From Polyangiaceae bacterium (GTDB lineage: Bacteria; Myxococcota_A; Polyangia; Polyangiales; Polyangiaceae), in assembly GCA_044376115.1 (NCBI GenBank), contig JBILLK010000019.1, positions 64,001 to 128,000 on the forward strand: a stretch of DNA of 64,000 bases, in the 5' to 3' direction. The notes beneath the pieces were generated by a model that was given only the letters and a program-made list of their open reading frames with translations, was not told the DNA's origin and did not search any database. Made by a program: the position numbers and the translations under genes. How positions within the stretch are numbered: the stretch's first letter is position 1; each line of letters begins with the position of its first letter. Positions 38,586 through 46,817 of this stretch are shown here, piece by piece.

Positions 38586-39233
38586 ATGAGAAACCAGAAC
38601 GTCTCTACTTTGTCCGCCCTCGTCCTCTCGACCCTGCTGCTTGGGGGTAGCAGTGGTTGCGCACAGGAGGACGCCGCCAGCGCTGCCGCTCAACTCAAAG
38701 CCGACGAGCTGCAGCAGGTGTCAACGCCGGTCGAGGTTACGGCGAACGGCTTCGTAGCGCCGCCGGGGAGCTTCAACATCTTCAGCATCTACGCCAACTA
38801 CGAAACGGCGGCGTGCGGCCTGACCGAGCACATCTACGGCATTCTCGGCCCGTCCGACGTTCGCATCGAGGAGTGTCCGGAATGTCTGTTGCCGAGCGAG
38901 ATTGAGCTCGGCGCACCGCCTGCCGACTTCGATGCGTTCGCCTGCGAACCCGGCGTCCAAGGCTGTGAGTTCCGCGAGAGCGTCGCAGGGCTGCAACCAG
39001 CCGACCTGATCTTTGACTTGCCCGTGTGTGGCGAATTCGTCGCCGCGCGCGAGTTCACGGTGGTGTTCACGCATCTCAACACCACAGCGCCGGAAGAGCC
39101 GCGGGTGTTCATCACCGCCACCGCCACGTTTGAGATCGATGAGAGCGGCGCGCTGGTTCCGCTCTCCGATTGGACGCGCTGCGTGGAGGACGCGGACGGC
39201 GCGCAATGCACGGGCCCCGCGGGCAACTATTGA
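38586..39233 (+). CDS. Cys-rich lipoprotein, unknown function
   Basis: AAGGA RBS; leader ending SSGC. Confidence 0.7.
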   Translation: MRNQNVSTLSALVLSTLLLGGSSGCAQEDAASAAAQLKADELQQVSTPVEVTANGFVAPPGSFNIFSIYANYETAACGLTEHIYGILGPSDVRIEECPECLLPSEIELGAPPADFDAFACEPGVQGCEFRESVAGLQPADLIFDLPVCGEFVAAREFTVVFTHLNTTAPEEPRVFITATATFEIDESGALVPLSDWTRCVEDADGAQCTGPAGNY

Positions 39234-39256
39234 GCGCGCGGGGCGTGAAGACCGCG

Positions 39257-39820
39257 CTATTCGCTGAGCAAACGCAGCAGCTCGCGCGCTGAGTTCACGT
39301 TCTCAGCTGGCCCGGAGATGCAATACTCGACGCGTTGCGAGCGCTCGCCCGAGGCCGACTTCAGTGTGATTCGCCAGCTGTAGTCGTGGCCGTTCTTGCC
39401 GCCCTGGCAGGCGAAGCCATCGGTCATCTCCTGATCGAACTTCGCCGAACGCACGAGACGCTGCAGCGCCTCCAGGGTTGCACCCGGGAGCTGTTTCTGC
39501 GCGTTGATCGGACGGCCATTGCGTGCGAGCGGGTGCGGCTCGAAGTGACTCAGCCAAGCGCCGTCTGAACGCGCTTCATAACGCTTGTCACACGAGTCTG
39601 TGTCGGGCGCGCAGTCGCCGTGAATGCCCCGGATGCTGACGACCCAGCTCTCGTCGCTGACGGGAAGCGCGGTCGCGCTGGCCGATGCCTGCAGCGCCCT
39701 AACGTCAGCCGAGTTGGCCGGGGCGTTGGCCTCACCGCCGGATGATGATGGCTGGCTGCAGCCCACGGTCAGCGCGAGAGTCGCCACGACGCGAGCGAAG
39801 CAGTGATTGCGAGCGAGCAT
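39257..39820 (-). CDS. Lipoprotein, unknown function
   Basis: Lipobox TVGC. Confidence 0.65.
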   Translation of the reverse strand: MLARNHCFARVVATLALTVGCSQPSSSGGEANAPANSADVRALQASASATALPVSDESWVVSIRGIHGDCAPDTDSCDKRYEARSDGAWLSHFEPHPLARNGRPINAQKQLPGATLEALQRLVRSAKFDQEMTDGFACQGGKNGHDYSWRITLKSASGERSQRVEYCISGPAENVNSARELLRLLSE

Positions 39821-39891
39821 GTGGATCAGCTCGGAGCCTAAGGTTGCGCGCCCTTGCTGACTAGCTGCAAAGGGCGCGTGCGCGGCTCGAG

Positions 39892-40938
39892 TCAGTGGGC
39901 GGCGTTACGCACCGCGCTGATCGCCTCGAGGAGAGAGGGCGTGTGCAGGGGCTTCTCGATGCAACGGTTCGGCAGATCGGCCACGGCTGAACTCTGACCC
40001 AGCGGCCCGGCGGAGCCGCCGCTCATGAAGATGATGCGGTCTTCGAGTTGGCCGCCAAGGCGCTGCACCCGATCGTAAAATGCCAGGCCGTCGATCCCCG
40101 GCATCGTCAGGTCGCACAAAATCGCGTCAAACGGTACCGCTTGTTCGCTCATGGCGACGAGCGCGAGCGCTGCCGATTGCACCAGCGTCACGTCGTGGTA
40201 CTTGGCGATCAAGCGGCCAACCGAGCGCAACACGAGCTCATCGTCATCAACGATCAGGACCCGTGCGCGCAGGGGCGTCTCCTCGAGGGAGCGACGTTCT
40301 TCGCGCAGCTCCTCCAGGCCGACCAGGGAACGAAGCTGCCGAACGATGCTCGCGATGCGCGTTGCGGCCTCCTGGACCTCGCCGAAGACCCGGCTGTCTT
40401 CGGCCGGAATGCGACGAGCGATCCATTCGAGGTTGGTCATCAGTGCGGCCAACGGGTTGTTGATTTCGTGCGCCAATCCAGAGACGAGGGTACTCACCTC
40501 CGTTGCGCGCGCGGCTCGCGCGAGCGCCTCGTCTGCGAGTTTGCGCTCGGTGGTGTCGCGCAGCACGCCGATGAAATGGGTGCATCGTCCGGCATCGTTG
40601 AGCACCGGCAATACGTCGAGCTCGGCCCAGAAGGTCGAGCCGTCCTTGCGGTATTTGAGCAGCTCCACCCGGATCGGCACGCGGTCCGCCCGGGCGGCTT
40701 GAATCCGCGCGAGCGTGGCGCGATCGGTGAGCGGCCCGATCGTCAAATCGGGCGTACGTGCGAGCGCCTCTTGTTCGCTGAAACCGGTCATCGCTGTGAA
40801 CGCTGGGTTCACATAGAGGATCAATCGACTGCCCGACGGCCCAGCCTCACCCTCGGTGATCAGCACAGCGTCGTGCAGGTTCTCCGCGATCAACGCCAGG
40901 AGCGATTTCGCAGCGTTGGCGATGCTCGGGTCAACCAC
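39892..40938 (-). CDS. PAS-HisKA(DHp)-receiver protein lacking the HATPase domain
   Basis: PAS YVNPAFTAMTGF...YRKDGSTFW; GLAHEINNPL; RVLIVDDD...CDLTMP...EKP. Confidence 0.85.
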   Translation of the reverse strand: MVDPSIANAAKSLLALIAENLHDAVLITEGEAGPSGSRLILYVNPAFTAMTGFSEQEALARTPDLTIGPLTDRATLARIQAARADRVPIRVELLKYRKDGSTFWAELDVLPVLNDAGRCTHFIGVLRDTTERKLADEALARAARATEVSTLVSGLAHEINNPLAALMTNLEWIARRIPAEDSRVFGEVQEAATRIASIVRQLRSLVGLEELREERRSLEETPLRARVLIVDDDELVLRSVGRLIAKYHDVTLVQSAALALVAMSEQAVPFDAILCDLTMPGIDGLAFYDRVQRLGGQLEDRIIFMSGGSAGPLGQSSAVADLPNRCIEKPLHTPSLLEAISAVRNAAH

Positions 40939-41042
40939 GTTGGCAGGCTGACTCAGCCCGCCAGCGCGGTCAAATGTTCAGAAGCTCAGCGGCGCGAGGA
41001 CACCGGTGCGCCGACGCGCGAGCGCCAGGGCTCAACCACGGT

Positions 41043-41152
41043 GATGATCTCTCCGTCATCGTCGATCAGGTCGTTCAGCTGAATCCGCGGGCGCATGCCG
41101 CTCTCGTCAGACCATTCCACGGCGGCGCAGGTGGTGCTGAGGGTGGGGTGTT
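41043..41152. repeat. ~110-bp direct repeat, copy 1
   Basis: Matches 43658-43765: first 48 bp identical; 4 substitutions and 2 single-base indels overall. Confidence 0.95.
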
Positions 41153-41285
41153 GAGCTACGTCGTTCGGCAACTTCGCTTCGGCTCCCATAAGAGAGTCTT
41201 TAGCGAATTGTCTTAGGATGCGCAGCAGAAGACGTCGCTGTCGCACAATCGTTACACGCCTTGCTGGCTTGGCGTCACGAGCGCG

Positions 41286-42770
41286 TTACTGGAACCGCAG
41301 ACCAAGAACGTACTCTTGCCATCGGAGCTTGAAGTCGGTCATGTCCGTCTCGCCCAACACCTTCTGCAGTGTTTTGAAGCCAGTTGGATCGGCTTTTTGT
41401 GCCGCGCGGTAGGCCTTGTAGAAGGGAATCAGCGTGCCCTTCTCTTGCATATAGAGGAAGAGATACCGGGCTTGTGCATAGTTGGTCCCAGTGTCGCTGT
41501 CGTAGAAGGCGCTGTCGCTCAGGGCCGCGAGTTCTGCAAAGCTAGGCACGCTATTGGCTTTGATGGCGCGCTGGAGTCCGCGCAGTCGCCAGTTCGGAAG
41601 GCCGACGATGTGCCCCTCGCGCTCCGCGCTCTGCTCGAAGAGCGAACCGAGCCCCTCGTTGATCCATGCCGGCGCATCGAGCAGATCGGCCTCGACGTAC
41701 GGATGCACGATCTCGTGGACGAGCGTGCCCCCGCCCGTGGCGATGTTCATGAAGAGCCCTCCGTGCGTAGACGAATAGAAGCCGTAGGGCGTCGTCGGCG
41801 CGCTGCCGGTCAACGCCTTCACACCGTGTTCGTAGCTGCGCTCGTCGTTGAACAGGTAGACATCAAGAATCTTTGTCGGCCGGGTCTTGAAGAAGTCCTT
41901 CTCTAAGTGGTCGGCGGCCCAGCGAACGGTCTGGGCGCGGCTGTGGAGAGTCTCCGGAGCGTCGTTGCCGATGACCACGAAAGGCTCTTCGATTCGAACG
42001 TTCAGGGCCTCGAGCCCTACGTCCTGGAGTCGTTCGCGCAAGGCCAAAACATGTTGCGCGTAGGCAGCCTTCGAACTCTCACCGGCGCGCGCCGCAGGCG
42101 GCTGCACGAGTTGAGCCGGTTCAAGCGCAATGCGCACGAGCGACCATCGCTGTGGCTCGTACTTTAGCGGCCACAGGGCTTCGAACCGAGCTCGCTTCAT
42201 CCGCCGGTAGCCGCCGCTGTCCTCAGCGGGTTCCTGGTAGATGACTTCCTCGGCTTCGCCGTCGTAGCCGACGACGAGTCGGAAGTGCTCGGTCGTGTTC
42301 GGACGCTCGTCGAAGTGCATGCATACGATGCTGGGAACGCCGCGCATGAGGTCGGCATGGAGCGCCGCAAAGCTTTCGCTCAAATCGCGCGAAGGCGCAC
42401 GCGCGTCCACGTGGGTCCAGACCTTGCCGGGCTTGAAGCCAAGACGTTCTGCAGCAAGCACCAGTTCTGCGGTGTAGGCACCTCGGCCAAGAGCTGGATC
42501 TACGCCCGCTTGCGCGAAGACCTCGTCTTGGCCGTAGTTCATGCCTAGCCGGCGCGCAGCCATCTCAATGCAGGCTTCGCCGCAGAAGTCGGGCTCTTGC
42601 TTGACGAAGGGTACGCCTTCGATCACGACGCTCGGAAAGAAGGAGCTGGGCCCGGTAGACGACTCGCTAGCCTCAGCGGAATCGAGCGGGGCCGCGGAGC
42701 GCGCGGGTGCTGGGCGGTCGCATCCGCACACCGCCAGGAGGAAGCCAGAGATAGCCAGAATTAGGCGCAT
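41286..42770 (-). CDS. Lipoprotein fusing a C39-like cysteine peptidase domain and a gluzincin-like (HExxH) domain
   Basis: Leader ending VCGC; VPFVKQEPDFCGEAC...EHFRLVVGYD; TLVHEIVH...PAWINEGLGS. Confidence 0.8.
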   Translation of the reverse strand: MRLILAISGFLLAVCGCDRPAPARSAAPLDSAEASESSTGPSSFFPSVVIEGVPFVKQEPDFCGEACIEMAARRLGMNYGQDEVFAQAGVDPALGRGAYTAELVLAAERLGFKPGKVWTHVDARAPSRDLSESFAALHADLMRGVPSIVCMHFDERPNTTEHFRLVVGYDGEAEEVIYQEPAEDSGGYRRMKRARFEALWPLKYEPQRWSLVRIALEPAQLVQPPAARAGESSKAAYAQHVLALRERLQDVGLEALNVRIEEPFVVIGNDAPETLHSRAQTVRWAADHLEKDFFKTRPTKILDVYLFNDERSYEHGVKALTGSAPTTPYGFYSSTHGGLFMNIATGGGTLVHEIVHPYVEADLLDAPAWINEGLGSLFEQSAEREGHIVGLPNWRLRGLQRAIKANSVPSFAELAALSDSAFYDSDTGTNYAQARYLFLYMQEKGTLIPFYKAYRAAQKADPTGFKTLQKVLGETDMTDFKLRWQEYVLGLRFQ

Positions 42771-42908
42771 AGTTGGGGGCATCGTTTGATAGTCGGCGAG
42801 TCCCAGCCGATTGTGACACGGCGTTCGCCACATTCTCGCCATCGTAGGCCCTCGTACTCTCCATCGCGCCGCCTCGGCTCGGCCGGTTTGGGTGAGCATG
42901 CTCACGGC

Positions 42909-43697
42909 GTGGCTCGACCTGTCCTTACGCTCGTGATCACCTTGGCCCTGTTCGTCGGGGGATTTCTCACAGCAGCGGAGTCGTTGTCGGTGCGGACCGA
43001 GTTCCCTGCGACGGGACGACCCTACGACGCGATCGTCGTGCTCGGCTGTCGAGTCAACGAAGGCGGTAGCGCAAGCGATTCGTTACGGCGACGCGCCAGG
43101 TTGGCCGCCAAGCTCTTTCATCAGGGCGTGGCGCCCTTGATCGTCACGACGGGTGGAGTCGGGACCCACGGTCCAAGCGAGGCTTCGGTGGCTGCAAACA
43201 TCCTGGTGGAAGAAGGAGTCCCTCGGGAACGCATCGTTTTGGAGGGGCGTTCCACCAGCACCGAGGAGAACGCGGCGTTTGCTAGGCAGCTGATCGGAGA
43301 GGCCCGCGTGGTGGTTGTGACCGACGGCTTTCACGCGCTGCGGGCGAGGAGGACGTTTGCTCGCTACTTCGAAAGTGTTGGCGCTGCGACGACGCAGTCT
43401 TCATTCGTGCATGTGCGTCGTAAGCTGGCGGCGCGCGAAGTGGTCGCCTTGTTGGCCTACGCGGCTCTCGGCAAGATGACCCTGGGCCGTCCCTTGAGAG
43501 CTACGTTGCCCTCGTTAGAAGGTTCTGGGTCGCTCGCAGCCCAGTCGTGGTCAAGAACCCCGAGCGTGCCGTTCGAGCCGGGCAGCCTCTTTTGCGGCTC
43601 CGGTCTCTTGATGTCTTGCTGGCTCGACGAAGCGCGCCGACGCCGAGCTTCACCCTCGATGATCTCTCCGTCATCGTCGATCAGGTCGTTCAGCTGA
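42909..43697 (+). CDS. YdcF/DUF218 (ElyC/SanA-like) protein with an atypical C-terminal run-on
   Basis: DAIVVLG, TGG, SEA, EGRSTSTEENA, VVTDGFHALRA, RE; the domain ends near 43480 but the frame continues into the repeat. Confidence 0.85.
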   Translation: MARPVLTLVITLALFVGGFLTAAESLSVRTEFPATGRPYDAIVVLGCRVNEGGSASDSLRRRARLAAKLFHQGVAPLIVTTGGVGTHGPSEASVAANILVEEGVPRERIVLEGRSTSTEENAAFARQLIGEARVVVVTDGFHALRARRTFARYFESVGAATTQSSFVHVRRKLAAREVVALLAYAALGKMTLGRPLRATLPSLEGSGSLAAQSWSRTPSVPFEPGSLFCGSGLLMSCWLDEARRRRASPSMISPSSSIRSFS

Positions 43698-43765
43698 ATC
43701 CGCGGTGCATACCGCTCTCGTCAACCAATCCACGGCGGCGCAGGTGGTGCTGAGGTTGGGGTGTT
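43658..43765. repeat. ~110-bp direct repeat, copy 2
   Basis: See copy 1 at 41043-41152. Confidence 0.95.
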
Positions 43766-43947
43766 ACACGATGGAGGAAGTGTGCGGCGCTGAGAGCGCG
43801 CGGCCTAGCGACGCAAGAACCCGACCGTCAGCGCCAAGGCCGCAAGCAGCAAGGCCGCGATCGGGTAGATCCAAAGCGAGGAGCGAGCGCGCGCTGGCCG
43901 GGGATCAACCGCATCGTGCACCGGTCTCTGAGCGTGGTGTGCCGGTG

Positions 43948-45060
43948 TTACGTTTCCGCAGGCGCTACCAGCGCGGGCAACGCGAAGGCTCCGTTGGGAA
44001 GAGTCCGCGGCAGCTCGGGTCCCTGAGGAAGCGTAGCCGGCGGAGGCATCCGCTCGGTGTTGGGCTGCCGCACCAACGTAGCCGTATCGGAGCCAAGGGC
44101 TGGCTCCGCGCTCGTTGCGCCTGGTTGTGCGCCTGGGCCCACGGCGAGTGCGTGCGACGCCTGAGCCGACATCTGCACGGTCTTGATCGGCGCTGCCCGG
44201 CTTGTACGCGCCTTGGCTTGGAGCAGCGCGAGCCTCATCGCCCGCGCGTCAGCCCAACGCTCGCCAGGCTCAAAACGAAGTGCGCGGTCGAACACAGCGG
44301 CTATCTCTTCATCCAGCTCCCCGAGCCGAACCCGGACCGGTGCAACCTGCAGGGTCGACGCGGCCACGAGAAGCTCGGGAACGGTCGTGCCCGGGTGGAC
44401 CTGTTCGCCGCTCAGCAGCGTGTACGCCGTGGCTGCGAGCGCAAACAGATCGGTGCGGCTGTCCACCCGATCCCAATGCGAAAGAGCTTGCTCCGGCGGC
44501 ATGAACGCTGGCGTTCCCATCATCGCGCTCGAGTTCGTCACTTCGGCTTGGCCCTCCTGAGCGGGGTCGGTTAGTCGCGCGATGCCGAAGTCGAGCACTT
44601 TGATCGCGCCGCCCTCGACGATGAAGAGGTTGTCGGGCTTGAGATCGCGGTGAACGATTTTGTGGGCGTGCGCGGCTTCGAGTACGGAGAGCACCTGATC
44701 GACGATGTCGAGTACGAGCGGCAGGGGCAGCTTGCGATCGGCCTCGAGCCATCGCTGCTTGACCGTAACTCCCTCGAGCAGCTCCATCACAAGAAACACC
44801 AACCCATCGTCGGTCACGTCGTCATCGAGCACCCTCACCGCGCCGCCGTGCTCGAGCTTGTTCGCCACGTAGCCTTCGCGCATGAAGCGCTTCTTCGTGA
44901 ATTCGCTCTCGTTCAGCTCTCGGTGCAACACCTTGATGGCACCACGCATGCCGTTGCGATGGGTGGCCGCGTACACCGCTGAGGTAGCGCCTCGGCCCAA
45001 AAATCGGTCGATGCGCCACTTCTCCCGCAAGAGGACGCCGGGCTTTAGCAACGAGGCCAT
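43948..45060 (-). CDS. Hanks-type Ser/Thr kinase (C-terminal TM tail apparently out of frame)
   Basis: LGRGATSAVY, AIK, HRDLKPDN, DFG, GTPAFMPPEQ. Confidence 0.92.
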   Translation of the reverse strand: MASLLKPGVLLREKWRIDRFLGRGATSAVYAATHRNGMRGAIKVLHRELNESEFTKKRFMREGYVANKLEHGGAVRVLDDDVTDDGLVFLVMELLEGVTVKQRWLEADRKLPLPLVLDIVDQVLSVLEAAHAHKIVHRDLKPDNLFIVEGGAIKVLDFGIARLTDPAQEGQAEVTNSSAMMGTPAFMPPEQALSHWDRVDSRTDLFALAATAYTLLSGEQVHPGTTVPELLVAASTLQVAPVRVRLGELDEEIAAVFDRALRFEPGERWADARAMRLALLQAKARTSRAAPIKTVQMSAQASHALAVGPGAQPGATSAEPALGSDTATLVRQPNTERMPPPATLPQGPELPRTLPNGAFALPALVAPAET

Positions 45061-45105
45061 CGCGGCGTGACGATACCACGCTGACCTGCGCGTGCGGCCT
45101 GCGCA

Positions 45106-46728
45106 TCAGGCTGCTGCGGCAGAGGGGTGCGTTGGGTCAGGGCCCCACTGAGACATTGAGTTCGATCGGGGAGCCCGAGAACGGTGGGCAGCTCTGACGC
45201 TCGCCACGCACGAGCCGGCAGCGCTGAAAGGCGGACGCTGCATTGAGGACCAACGGCCGGTGTTCGAGATGAAGACCCGTAGGTTCACCGCCTGCGGCGG
45301 CTTGCAGAACGAAATCGCGACGCTCCTCAGCTTGCCGACCTGAACGAGAGCGTCGCTTTGCACCTGCTCTCGTGTCGCGCGGTTCGTAGGCGCGACGGGA
45401 CCGCCGGACTTGATTTGCGATGGCGTGGTTTGGCTGCTCTGCGGGGAAGGGATGACGCCGGAATCTGCAGGTACAGCGGCGCTTGGTGCGCTCGTCGACT
45501 GCGCGCTCGTCACTGCGGATGAGGCGCTCGCTATGGGCGAGCTCGCCTCGACGTCACTCGCGAGGTTGGCGGAGCTTTGCTGCGAGGCCGATGGTCCGTC
45601 GCGCAGCGCGAACCACCCGAGCGCTGCACCGCCGAGTACGAGCGCGGCAGCGCCAGCCATCCCGAGTCGCCGGGCGCTCGTGCTCCCGACCGACCGCGCC
45701 ACGCTCCCGGAGACCAGGGTCCCGTCGGCGGATAGCGCGGGTTGCGGCTTTTTTTGCTGCGCTACGGTGCTTGCTGCCTCCGCACCAATCGGCTGGCGCG
45801 TCGTCGCGCTCGCGTGGGTCGCTTCTCCGGCGGCTGCAGTTTGCTCCGCTTCTGCCGGCTCAAGCAGCGCAGGCAGGTCCTTGCGCTCGATGCGGAGAAT
45901 GGCGTCACGCATTTCTGCCGCCGAAGCAAAGCGGTCTTCCTTGTCGAAGGCCACCGCGCGGTCGATCAATTCTGCGACCGCAGGCGGCGCGTTGCCGCAG
46001 ATCTCGAGCAGGGGCTTCGCCTGCCGCGTTGCGGCCATCACCAGCGCTTCGGCGCCGGTGGTCGCGCCATGGAGCGAGACTCCGGTGAGCAACGAACGCA
46101 TCGAAGCGCCGAGCGAGAAGAGGTCGCTGCGACTGTCGACGAGCGACCATTTGGCCAGCGCCTGCTCGGGCGACATATAGGCCGGCGTGCCCAACATGGC
46201 CCCGGTTTGGGTGCGCTCCGACGCCGACTCGACGGCGCGAGCGATACCGAAGTCGAGCAGCTTCACCTCGCCCGAGTTCGTGAGGAAGACGTTCTCGGGC
46301 TTTACGTCGCGATGAATGACCCCCGCTTGGTGGGCCGCAGCGAGCATGTCGAGTACAGCGAGGCTCGTCCTCAAGACGTCCAACACCGGGAGTCGCTTTT
46401 CGTGATCGAGCCAGGCCTGCTTCCAGGTCTGGCCTTCGAGCAGCTCCATTACCAGGAAGGCGAGCCCATCTTCGGTGACGTCGTCGTCGAGGATCTTCAC
46501 GGCGCCTGGGTGGTTGAGCGACTGCGCCGCTCGTCCTTCGCGCTGAAAGCGCGCGCGAAGCTCGGGGTCCGAAGCGAGGTGAGGGCGCAGCACCTTGATC
46601 GCCGCGCGCTGCTGACCGCTGTGATGCGTGGCCGCGTAGACCACCGCCATGCCCCCTTCGCCCAGCTTCGAATCGAGCGTCCACTTGGATCGGAGACAGC
46701 GTCCGCTGAGGTCATCTCCGGAAGACAT
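45106..46728 (-). CDS. Hanks-type transmembrane Ser/Thr kinase
   Basis: LGEGGMAVVY, HRDVKPEN, DFG, GTPAYMSPEQ; TM LGMAGAAALVLGGAALGWFAL. Confidence 0.92.
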   Translation of the reverse strand: MSSGDDLSGRCLRSKWTLDSKLGEGGMAVVYAATHHSGQQRAAIKVLRPHLASDPELRARFQREGRAAQSLNHPGAVKILDDDVTEDGLAFLVMELLEGQTWKQAWLDHEKRLPVLDVLRTSLAVLDMLAAAHQAGVIHRDVKPENVFLTNSGEVKLLDFGIARAVESASERTQTGAMLGTPAYMSPEQALAKWSLVDSRSDLFSLGASMRSLLTGVSLHGATTGAEALVMAATRQAKPLLEICGNAPPAVAELIDRAVAFDKEDRFASAAEMRDAILRIERKDLPALLEPAEAEQTAAAGEATHASATTRQPIGAEAASTVAQQKKPQPALSADGTLVSGSVARSVGSTSARRLGMAGAAALVLGGAALGWFALRDGPSASQQSSANLASDVEASSPIASASSAVTSAQSTSAPSAAVPADSGVIPSPQSSQTTPSQIKSGGPVAPTNRATREQVQSDALVQVGKLRSVAISFCKPPQAVNLRVFISNTGRWSSMQRPPFSAAGSCVASVRAAHRSRAPRSNSMSQWGPDPTHPSAAAA

Positions 46729-46817
46729 TCGCGCGAAAGGATACGGAACAAGCTCGCATGTGTCACGGAGCCACAAGACCGCGGAATCGGCGCTGCAGAG
46801 CCTCCGATGCCTGGTTG

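Noticed and set aside
40540..40880. LOV photoreceptor
   Set aside because: The GRNCRFLQ motif is replaced by ARTPDLTI; no photoactive Cys
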